DNA of 64,000 bases from Phoronis australis (taxonomy: Eukaryota > Animalia > Phoronida), in contig NMRA01000033.1 of assembly GCA_002633005.1 (NCBI GenBank), positions 952,611-1,016,610 of the forward strand, given 5' to 3'. Shown here piece after piece: positions 1-12,200 of this stretch (its first letter is position 1; every line of letters starts with the position of its first letter). The notes under the pieces were generated by a model. The model had not been told where the DNA came from and did no database searches. It was given only the letters and a program-made list of their open reading frames with translations. Made by a program: the position numbers and the translations under genes.

Positions 1-159
1 TTTATATTGATTAAAAATTTGGATTCTGTACAACTAATTGATGCTTTGTCAGAAAATACAAAGTACATAATTATAAATAGTGGCACAGTGAAACGAGTGA
101 ATATCAACAATGTGCTCGTCTGATGTTACGTCTGCTACATGTACACTGTTACGTCTGCT

Positions 160-231
160 TCACTGTGACTTGACCTTCATGACCTTCATCTTGGACTGTT
201 TCTTCTTGGCATCCTTGCGCTGAAGGAGATC
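160..231 (-). CDS. CCDC47: CCDC47 last coding exon
   Basis: gcttttcag|DLLQRKDAKKKQSKMKVMKVKSQ-TGA; resembles the known CCDC47 KMKxxKVK C-terminus. Confidence 0.92.
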   Translation of the reverse strand, partial: DLLQRKDAKKKQSKMKVMKVKSQ

Positions 232-3200
232 CTGAAAAGCAAGTCCACTTCAGTAGTACTCACACCTAGGCTATTTCCAAGCCAATCATAAACGTGCAGT
301 AATTATCAGAAAAAAGTTGAATAACTCCTCGATAAAATTTTGGACCAAAGCATTTTTGCCATCATTTGCTACATCTTCACAAGTTTTTCCACAACAAACT
401 CCTGACACAGCAGGACGAACTTTGCAAAATTTGGTCAATGTTTGTTCGTGCCGATTTACATACTGGAACATAAAATTTACATCATTCTCGAATCCTCGCC
501 TGGAAAACTAAACTCTACTACAGTGAGTGTATTGGAGCTGAGACTCCCCTCCAAGCACACAACTTATTAAGATGAAAAGGAATGCATAGTTAATCCATAA
601 CTCCACCATTTGTCATTCACGCACATACACTTTTGATTACCAGTGGCCCGTTCCATAAAAATTGACTTACCTAAGACAAATCTAATAAATTTCAATCAAT
701 TTTAAACTAAAACTAAATTGTCTCAAGTCTGTTTCAAGAACGAGATCTGTGGCTTAAATTTTGTCTTAATTTTGCCTATCTCACCGGATGTGGAAGTTTC
801 AAAGTTGAGACAAATCTTGGACACATGTCAAAATTGAACTAAAGTCAGTTTTCTTGGCACAGGCCCCAGAACATTATATAAATCTCTACGAGACTGTTTT
901 GCACGTCTGACGGTAGCTTGATTACGCAATATTCAATAGGGACTCTGCCCGAAACTAATCACATGCTTTTGCATTTTGCTATTAAAAAAATTCATGTTTG
1001 CAAATGATTAAAGAATAACAAAACGGGTGCGTTCATAAAAGATCAAACCAGTTTTCTTACTCTCATTCATTTCCTGACTTTCATTTTAATTATGTAAACA
1101 AGACAAATCATGCTTCTGGTTATCCCGGAAAAACACCACGCACTAAGCCACAAAATGAGAAAGCTTACATCTCATGTACATAAAAATACTACTTGCGCGT
1201 AGAATTTTCAAATATGACTGCAACTAAATTATGATGCACAGTGGGTGGTTGTGTTGTTTTTGACATCACCGGCTCTTGGATAGTCTTATCAATCTTGGTT
1301 AGCTGGTTAGCTAGGCAAACACAGTGATTAAAATAAGTTGAGCTCACAAGAAATGCATAGACATTCCTGCATAGACCCTAATCACCCAAGTATCAACATC
1401 ATTTCTCCTTTCGGTCCCTCATGAGAGTACACCAATGTTTGGCATTAATCAGTTCCAGTTTTATTGCCCCTGTAAATCAAAACACATTTCTAGACCCAAC
1501 ACAGTTCTCAGCCAGTCAATGTGCTCCCCCCACCCTTTTTGTATTGTGCACTCACGTCCAATTTTCTTTGCTTGTCTGGGTCTTCCTCTGCCATCATGCG
1601 CTCACGGTCTGCACGGCGTTTCTCCTCCTTACGAGCCTGCGCGGCCTCCATGCGAGATGCGTGCGTCATCTTCTGGTAAGACTCCTCTAACTTTTGCCTG
1701 TTTTTCACCGCTTTAGACTTGGCCTGCACATATAAATATGTGGGCGCATAAAAAACTCTGGCCATGGATATGTCTCCAGACCATCAGCCATATTATAGGT
1801 AAACCATAACATTAGAATAAGACATGCATGTGAACATTCTTGATCTTATCTTCACCGTCTTAGTGCACTTCAAATGTGCAGTGTTTTGAAAAAGGTAATG
1901 CAGAACTGGCTAAAAAAAAACATTTCAATTCTCTTGAAAGTTACAACCCCTGACATGGTTGCAGTAATTGCTTCTTCAGAACACCCTGTAGGTAAGCTGG
2001 ATGACTGGATAAAAGAGGTCAAGACATTCCTTTCATTCACAAAAATTAGCTTTTGGTTTCGACTACTCATCATTTTGCAATTGGTCTCAAATTGTTCCTT
2101 AGAGAAAGACGAGGTAATTTCTGTGCTTGGAAAGAAAAAACTGCCAGTTGGCACTGACAGTTGATACGACAGTTGATACTGACAGTTGATACTGACAGTT
2201 GATACTCGACAGTTGATACTGATAATTTATTATTGGTCGAGACCTGGTTCCATGAGTTCTGTTTGTTTCAAACAGTCACTTCATGCACCAAACATAGTCG
2301 CAAGCAATTGCGAACTGTCAAGCAAAGACAACATTTTTCAGTAGAGTTAACAACAGTCATAAAATAATTCCTTTGACAGAACCATGGACCATAGTGCATG
2401 GACCAACAACTCTGTATATTTTCAGTGGACGAAATCTATGATCTTAAGCGTGAGCCGTGACCTCACTATTCACTAGTAACACCGCTGATTTATAAGATTT
2501 GCTTCCGGTTAATATACCGTTCCAAAAGACTGTCCCAAAACAATTGTACTCTACACAAACTGCTTCAGTTACAGTGAATTTCAGTCAGAACAAGCCAGGT
2601 CCTAGAAGAGTTTGCTGCAATGCAATTCAATAGAAACTCGTGAACACTTACCTGATTGGATAGCTTGAACTTGCACACTTTGTCCACATAATGGAAGGCA
2701 AAGTGAATCAGAGGCTTTAGGGCTTCCATATCAGTAACTGAGCAGTTTCCGCGCTTGCCAACTGGAAAACAATCATTACGGCTGTACACAAGGTATAGGC
2801 AGATTTGCACGAGTGGAGACAGAACAATTGAATAACAATTTGATAAAAACATCTAGGAAACATTTCTTTACTAACAATAAACTTGGAGTATTGTTCAAAC
2901 AAACCATTGGGTCTTTGAAATCATAGCAGAGTCTGTCGATTTCAAAGAAATCGAGTTCCTCGTACTAAAGTGTACCCAAATATGCAACTGCTAAAGAGGC
3001 AATGTGCTTCGCACAATACGTGAATTAATGAACAAACATGAGGCTAAGAGGAAGAACAAGATCCGCGCTGAACATGCCCTGCAGACATTTTGTCAAACAG
3101 ATGGCACTGAGACTGCGCCAGAACACCTGGAGAGCAGCGGGGGGAGATCAGTCACTCGGCAACGCCATACGTACATAAGGCACCCAGACTAGTCCCCAAC

Positions 3201-6200
3201 CAACCTCTGAAAACTTGGTCGCCACCCACACAACAAAATATCTGTGAACTGTATCATAGGAAGGACATTTGTGATGCTTACCATTGAAACAGAACATCAC
3301 CTGTCTCTTGGTCTCTGGTGAGGCCACCTGCTCCTGGTCACTACAACCAACACAAACACTCAATCAGAACGCAGCTCTTATAATAGTTGGAACAAAGATT
3401 AAATCGCGTACAACACACAACTACTAACTCAATGCACACTCTGGTGTTCTATATCTCACACTATTTACAGTAAAATCCAACAAGGGTTTTGAACAGAAAT
3501 GCCTGAATCCCGAAAACCAGTATAAATTTACCTGGGGGTACTGGTCCGAATCTGTAGGAAAGGTAGACTGAGGGTCATAATTTGAGGACCCCTTTCACGG
3601 CATACAACATTCCTTTTTATCAATAGGGACCCATGATCCCAGCGATGCCCATAAGCAGATGCTTTGTCGCTAAGTAGGCAGGCCAGACATGCATACTTCC
3701 TACATTCACCCATTTAGTAAATCATTTACTAATTGTGACATAACTTCAAAATTTCATCATTGGCAGCAAAGAAAGTCCCTCGTTCAATCAACCAGAATTG
3801 TAAAACAATCACAAGGGGTGGAATAGAAGCCAATTTCTAGAGATGGCAACTAGACCACTAAACAGGCAAAATATATCACAGTGGAGGGATCGACTCACTC
3901 TGTGGGTTTAGGTCCTGAATATTGATCTGAGATGTGAATGAAGTCCACATTGGCTTCATATCTCTCCAGCAGTGAAACGACCTACAATTACAGAAAACGG
4001 ACAAGAACAGTGCACAATCCTAAACAAACATCACCAGCAATTCCTGGGATTTCATCTCCAGCTGAAGTGGGAGCAATACGCCAAAAACAAAACTTGTCAC
4101 ATGAGCGTACCAGAATTGAAAATACCACCATAACATGGATTTTGCTGCAACTAAGGTACAACTGAGCAACCATTAAACAACAGTATAAGATTGAAAGTAA
4201 GGCTCAGAATGCATCAAATCTTTTGTGCAAAACACTCTCCAAGCACCGGCCACACAATCACACTGAAGTCAAATCTCACCATTCTTTTGAATTCTAAATT
4301 AGGTTACACATCCATAAGATAACTGTGATGTCATCTGATGGTTACGAACCGACAAGCATCCCACAATACATTACAGTAGATAAAATCTTTCAAATTAGTC
4401 ATGCTCATCGATTTTGTAAGATTTTAAATTTGCTACAAAAGAGAAGATGAGAATAATGCAGCGCGTTTTTCCAAGAAGCTAGTAATGTGATGGTGGATGC
4501 TAACAGATAGTGGGCAAAAATTTGATTAAGTATTCTATTACGACACTCCCTGGATCACCTACGTTGCCCGCCAACATGGCTTGTGTGGCCTCTCCTATCT
4601 CACTCAACACACTGAAAGACGATGGCAACTTATAGTTCTCTCCAGCTTTCTTCTCTGCACAGAAGAAATTCTGAAACAAGACGATTAACACTATAATCAT
4701 GTTTCCGCAACAATGTATCATGCTCATTACGCCATATATCAGATGTCAAATAGTGCTTGATTTTACTTTATTTCTGTTTCTGTTGACGAAGGATGTTATT
4801 ATATCCAAATATTTCAGTGAATCCATTTTTGTTTTATTTACGTATATTTATTCTACTTTACGGTACACAAGTGTATCCTTTAGAGGATCTGGATCGCCTC
4901 TTTTAGTTTCGGATTTATTTTCTACGTTATTTGTGAAACTTTAACTCACTTTACGTGTTTATTTAAAACACAACAGCGAGTGGAGAACTGCACCAAAATG
5001 ATACAGAACAAATTCCTCAATGAAAGTATGGTTTTATTGTTAGCGTGGTTATCAACGTATAAAGCTTAATTTTGAATAAAATTCCCAGTTCTGTTAGCAA
5101 GTTACAATATGGATTTAAATTAGTTTAGGACTGTAATTAGCCAAGCCTTAATGTTTATTCCTGAACTGACAGTCTGATTTCACACACATAATTGACAGAG
5201 TTAAAACAGCACTCCAATAATCTCATTCAAGGTTATGGAGTACTTGTTACCTAACCGTTCTACATGCTATCAATAACAAACAAAACATTTAAATGCAGCG
5301 ATAGACTTCCTTCGATACTTTATTATTACAACAAATGGAAGTTGCGTTAAAATCAATATTTGCATGCTTCCAGACAGCAGACAATCTGCAATTTCAAACA
5401 ACAAGATGAAACAAGTTTTTTGTCTGATTGTTTTAAGATATTATTTAAATTGAACGCTGGTTACTAGGTAATTTGATTATTACCATGGGACATCCCACTT
5501 CAAACAATGCCGATGGCGAATATTTTGATTTGAATTTGCAAGTCACAAAAATCACTTTGTCTTGTTTTTTCAACCACGGTGTCTGTTTTTGTCTTGATTA
5601 AATGCTTCTTATCCTAACTTTATCAACGTACTTTTTGACTTGCCTAAGCAACACTCAATGCACAATAAATTGAACAAGGGAAAATACTGCAATGATCTCA
5701 ACTCCAGAGTACAGTCACGGAGACTAAGAAATGTTGACTTATTTTTGAACCAGAATTTCATCCAACATCCAACATGAGCAAAATTAAATCAGAACAAGTT
5801 TGTCATACAAATATGTCGCCACTAAATAGCTACAGTACCCCTTTGTCTGGGTTATGCTGCTCGTAAACCTGAATTTTCAGCGTCTTTGTTATAAAAGTAT
5901 TTGTCTACATCATCCTACCAAATCGTTCATTTCCTTTTGAAGCCGTGAAGCTGTCTTCTTCTGAGCTACACAGAAAACAAAGTTGTCCATCTCATTCTCT
6001 TCCAGTGTAAATGTAATGACCTGAAAAAAACGTTTTAAGTTAAATTGCAGATAATTAAGTTTTTACACATAACCATCAATCAACAAGAAACACGGAGTCA
6101 AAGTGAGACAATACAATGTGCAAAATGGTACTAATCAATGCAACTGATGGAAATGTAAATCCTACATTTACATGTTGAGTTGCATGCCGGCAACAGTATT

Positions 6201-9200
6201 GTTACACCAAAGTATATATTCCTAATGCCTGCGCTTATACAAGAATTTGACTTTTGGTCAATGATATTTTGTAAATAAACGCCTTTGCCTGTCTGCACAA
6301 AACTCCGATACAATTACAAATAAATCAGTCTCAAATTGTTCCCTTGAGAAAACAGAAGTGATTTCTGTGCATCAAAAGTAACTGACAGTTCGTAGTTGTT
6401 CGAGACCAGGCTCCAACAAGCTGACTTGCCACCAAATTCCATTTTATTCACCAATGGTCTTGAGCAATAACGAGCTGCCTGTTCTTTGAATAGTGGTAAA
6501 TGGTCTAAATTAAAATATTGTTTCTTCAACCGAATGTGGGTTCATAGCCACTTAAAGTGACACTTACCACTTGGTCTGTTGCTGGCTTGAGAAACCTTGA
6601 TAATGTGTTGATCAGATCCTGTCGCTTTAAGAGTTTCAACTCGACCAGCATTCCTTCGCAGCACACCCGCCCACTACACCACAGGGAGTAAGAGTGCTCT
6701 GCGTCTTTAATAAGAACGCCTTGTGTTACCTCAGTGCCGGTGCCATCATCACCTAGGAAAGGGAACAAGCTGTTAGCATGAAGACACATAGGATTTAAAG
6801 GTACACTTAGCCTTTCACACAATGGCGAGTGTCATATGTTATGATTTAATCTTGCAAAGGTCACAAAAATCAAGTTCACTTGTCAAATAAAGCAAGTTGA
6901 CACTTCTGGCTTTCTGTGGTTATACTGTGATCGGAATGGAGCCCATATGTGGTAATTTTTAAAAAACCACATCACTTTTTAATTTATCTTACTTTGAAAT
7001 TGGCCATATCAATGTTCAATCATTTTTCAAAAAATGCATTACTTTTGATGCAAAGTAGAATAACAGCCGGATACTTCCTCTCCTTAAGCAACATTTGATT
7101 TATACCACAAACAAATCTGAAGTCTGTTACAAGAAAACAGACTTAGCTAAAGAAAAATTTAAAATCTCTCTCAATTTAAAGATAAAACCTAACCTTGTCT
7201 CAACCCCCATTCAAGAAAGATATCTTACGTTTGACTTAGTTTTTTACTGAAATTTTGCCTTAATTTTGACTAACTTTAGTTACCAGATGGGAAGTTTCGA
7301 AGATTGGAAGTTGAGACAAATCTTAGACTTACAAGTCAAAATGAACTCAAGTCAATTTCTTGGAACAGGTCCACTGGTCTCAATTTCTTCCTTAATACAA
7401 AGAATGAGAACTGATGACCCAGCCCAAAAAGTTAGTCATTTCATAAACCTAAGGTATCAAGATTGACCAAATAGGCTGAATCCGGTTAGACTGAGTTCTA
7501 ATGGGTACACTGGACCAATTTTGCACCAATACAAAAGGTGGGTATGAAGCACGTTAAAATTCTCTTGGTTTCTAAATGTTATAAAAATGCTATCATCATC
7601 AGGAAAAAGCAAAGAAGTGATACTTTTAAGAAAAACTATCACACCTGAAATGGAGACTAGTGTCCGGTTGCATGAAACAGTCCCAAATAGGGACTCAACT
7701 AAGTTCCCTAAATTTACTACGTATTTGTGGACTCGTGACAACACCGATTGCCCTTTCTTGTATTGTTTAGTTTCATTATTAAGTCAACCTTTGGCATTGA
7801 TACAGACCTTTTCCATTGTTGAATGGCTTCTAACATTTATAAAAAATGTGAATGCCTGAAAATTTTCAAAATATTGTTGTCTGCTGGTAGTTATAACTGC
7901 ACACAAAGTGAAAATAGTCATGAGTCACCTTAAAACTTTGTATCGTTTAAGAAAATCTGTGACAATAAAATTTGCCAATCACTGACAATGTGTACAGAAT
8001 TGGAGATTTTACTCGATAGTGAGCAGAAACTTTGCACAAAAGTGAGTCACAAAATCCACGTAACCCCTAGTGACAACTGACAACCCTTACCGACGACAGA
8101 GAAATTTTTTTCCAATATGTCTTTGTGGTGTTGGAGGAAGGTCTGCGCCAGTCGCTGATTTTTAGAGCGGCCAGCCAGGAAGTTGATGAAGTAGACGCCC
8201 AGCCCCGCAATCATCAACATCTCCACGTAGTAACCTTCCAGGTTGGCCCGCAGGTGAACCGGTACCTGAACATCAATTAAAAAGCGCATTATCGTTACAG
8301 GTAGTGCGTTATTACACGTGGCACCTTTCTGCATAATTATATTTTCAGTTGGAACATTGTTACAGATAGACCGCTGTTAGTCTTAATGCAAGGTTACATA
8401 ATATGTGCGAGATTGTTAAAAGTGAACACTGTTTCAGGTATCGTTTCAGGTAGAACCTTGTTTGAGGGAGAACATTGTTTGAGGTAGGACATTGTTTGAG
8501 GTAGGACATTGTTTCAGGTAGAGCTTTGTTTCAGGTAGAACATTGTTTCATGTAGAATACTGTTTCAGGTAAAACATTGTTTCAGGTAGGACATTGTTTC
8601 AGGTAGAGCTTTGTTTCAGGTAGAACATTGTTTCATGTAGAATATTGTTTCAGGTAGAACATTGTTTCAGGTAGAACATTGTTTCAGATAGAGCTTCATT
8701 TCAGGTAGAACATTGTTTCTGGTAGAACATTGTTTAAGGAAGAGCTTCGTTTCAGGTAGAACATTGCTTCAGGTAGAACATTGTTTCAGGTAGAGCTTCG
8801 TTTCAGGTGGAACATTGTTTCAGGTAGAACATTGTTTCAGGTAGAACATTGATTCAGGTAGAGCTTCGTTTCAGACAGATCGCTGTTGTATCTGCCACAA
8901 GGTTGTGTACTAATATGCGAGATATTGTTAGAAGTGAACATCGTTATAGATCATAGATAACAGCATATGGTGTGTTTAAATACACCCAAATGCTCATGAC
9001 GATGTTCGCACTACTGCAAGTCAAGAACGGTTAAGGATACAGAAAAAAGTGAAAATCCACACCATTAACCGATCTGCAAATACTTACAAAACTGCAGCAG
9101 CAGTCACTTTTAGAGGTTCCGGAAAACAAGAATCAGTTTAATGCACGTTTTTCAGTGAAGAAAACAATTCTCAAAATGCAGGACCCTGAAAACTGATTGT

Positions 9201-12200
9201 TAAACCTTGTTTGCTGCCTAACAACAGTGTGCTTTATGGGATATGAGGGCAGAGGATTATCAAACTTCTTAATTCTTCATCCCCAGAAAACAGGTTTTGC
9301 TAGTCAGCTGCAATGTTAATGCAGCAGCAAAATAAACAAGTCAACTGAGCGCCAATGATAAAAACTCTGCAGACCAAACAGTACTTGGAATGATATTGCT
9401 TACATTGGTAATTTTCAAATCGGGTTTGTCTGCCGACTTCCCCTTGACCGGTCGAGCACCATCGTAACCTTCAAACTCTTCTTCATCTTGAAAATGTTCA
9501 AATTCATCATCTTCCTCCTGGAAACAAATCAAAAACCACCAGTTGACAATTTCTTCATAGTTTTGAATATTTGTCGCTAGCAATCATTTCTCTGCAAAAA
9601 CAAATACCAAAAAATCCACTTTATAAGGTATCAGCAAAATTCTCATTTAAAAGTGCAACAAACTCCAATATATGGCTATGGACTTATATTACCTTTCTTC
9701 GGACATAAGCCCATTTGAAGACAGGCACGAATCATTCAACAAAAAATGTTGGATAAGTAATAAAACTAAAAGGGCATGTTGTTAATTTCAAAATGGCATA
9801 ATTACAGTCTTCAAGAGGAAAATTTTTCTAAAAAAATTCCAAAAACACATAAATCCCCAAAGTAAGACCTGGCCATGGCATTATATTCGAATACAAGGTC
9901 ATACTCAAACATGCAACAGGGTTCGACATAATGACCACTTGGTTAAGAATTATATCCCCTTTCCTGATCACACTGAGAACTGCTTTGGTGTATCAAGAGT
10001 ACCAAAAAACACAGAAATGTTTAGGAGATGCTAACTGTGACCAGCGACACCTGGTGTTGATATACCTCAACAGTAGCCTCATCATCATCCTCTTCCTCTG
10101 ACACAGCTGCCTGATCCTGGCTCTGACCTGTGACCTTTGACTTCTCCTCCGTGTCTCGCAACGAGCTGTCATCAACCTCTATAAAATAAGATTTAAATAC
10201 TTTGTAATAAAACTTGGATCAAGTACTTATGATTTATAATTCACCTTTTCCCTAGGCATCATTAATTTAATTTTTAGACAACACATGTCACTCTGTACTT
10301 AGCTGACCATTTTTTGAAAGGGGAACTGAAAACATCTCTATGACAAAACTCAAGAAAGAGAATACCACACATAATCCATACAGCATGCTGATGATGTTCA
10401 AGCTATTGATGTTACATTACACACTCGACATCAGAAAACCATCAACTATTATTCAGCTGGGCTCAGCTTATCTCAACAGGATTGATTGGTTTCCGCAAAC
10501 ATGAATACGTTACAAGGACTACTTCTGTTAGCCACAGCTTTCACCATTACGCGTTCCAACGTAACTTGACATGTGATCATGCTAAAAGTGCCCAAATTCA
10601 AAAACAAAAACATAAGAAATAGTTTTGCATGATTTTTCTCTAAGAGTTAAAAATTACACGCTGAAAATGATCTTCGATTTCAGAGTAAAAAGTTGTGATA
10701 AATCAGTTATGTTAGTAATTTGGCGAGAGGCCAGACGACAGAATTCACGTACTCAATTATGGAGCTGGCTCAGTATAGACCTTTGAGGGCATATCTAGTA
10801 CATTCTCTTGACAAAGTGTGGCACTTTGTAATTTAAATCAACCGATACTGGCAGTGTAATTAGAGTGGGTTTTACATCAATACTATCAGCAGAAATATAT
10901 TGACAACCATAAAACACTGAATATAATCTTAGTCTTAATATAGGACATCGAAAATTATTTCTGTTGTTACTAGCAAAGTTTTGACACAAATGACAAAAAT
11001 TTGAATTAATGGCTCATAAAAGTGTAGAAATAATTTCACTTGGACAAAACGCTCACATCCAGTTGTAAACAAGAGCAACGTGGAGCGTTGAAATGCATTG
11101 CAAATGGTGTTCTTTTAGGGTTATTTATTTGTATCATAAAAATGGCCACTAGATGGCGCAAAAACATACAATCCATTCAAAAACAGGAACAGGGCTCGAC
11201 GCTATTAAAATCGCCAGGTCGCATTTTGCGACCTAGCCAAAATCCCAGGTCGCATTTTCAAAATCCAGCTCGCATTCGTAAATGCCAGGTCGCAAAATTT
11301 TCCCGCCATTTTTACGCGCCAAAATAGATTTTTTAGATCATCGAGAAAATGTTTAGATTATGCTCTTACCTGCAGCGTTAAATGCCCACAAATTTCGGAT
11401 CTCAAAATTGACTTCATTCATGCAGGTACGGCCTTACTGTTCTTCACGACCGCCATTGAAAGTCTCTAGAGNTGTTCTTCACAACCGCCACTGAAAGACT
11501 CTAGAGCGCAAGGCAATTTGCCGACGTGAAAGTTGAATCAGTGCTCTCTAACTGACTTGTGCATTCGAGTAGCTAAATTTGCCGATGTGAAAAGGGCGAA
11601 AATGCCCGTTGAAAAAGTATCCGGGATTTTGTTAGATCTGGCCTGCTACTGCCAGTTTAGTTGCAATAGCTGGCTACGGGCATAGAATACAGGGTTTACA
11701 GAACATCGACCTCGGGAAACATCGTAACAGGAAAACGTCAGTTCTGGGTTATATCGGTGCCGGGACATCCGGTCTTGTATAACTGCTGGGAATCTGAGTT
11801 CAATTTCAAATAAACCAGAGCCAAGTCGGTATACTCTTTCATTTAGGACTGTCGCTGTTCTTTGAAGTGGTGCGCACGCGTGAGTTCACGCACTTGAATC
11901 GCTGGAGTAGGCCTACACTTTACGTTGTCAACAACGTGTGAAAGACAAATCATATTTCGCGCACGTAGCCCCAGAAACAAATAAAGGGTTTGAGAATTTC
12001 TTGGCAACTGAAGGTAAAAACGTGACCGTCGTTTGGCGATTAATAAGGTTGTCATTTTCACTTTGGCTGTCTTAATACGATAAAAAGGAGAAGCACATCT
12101 CAGTCTAAGTCACGATTGTCTGCCAGGACCGCGTGCGCGCTAACGCTACCGCAGTGCGGGATATTGTCGTGGATATTTGGTACATGTAATAAGGACATCT

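Noticed and set aside
1976-2075. Possible intronic C/D snoRNA (ATGATGA...CTGA on minus) or hammerhead-like TGATGAG...GAAAC
   Set aside because: Terminal stem is misplaced, no recognisable rRNA guide, and the hammerhead core lacks the conserved C and stem II
8428-8875. TTTCAG|GTAG units as recursive splice sites, or the array as CRISPR
   Set aside because: The motif is antisense to CCDC47; there are no unique spacers and the context is eukaryotic
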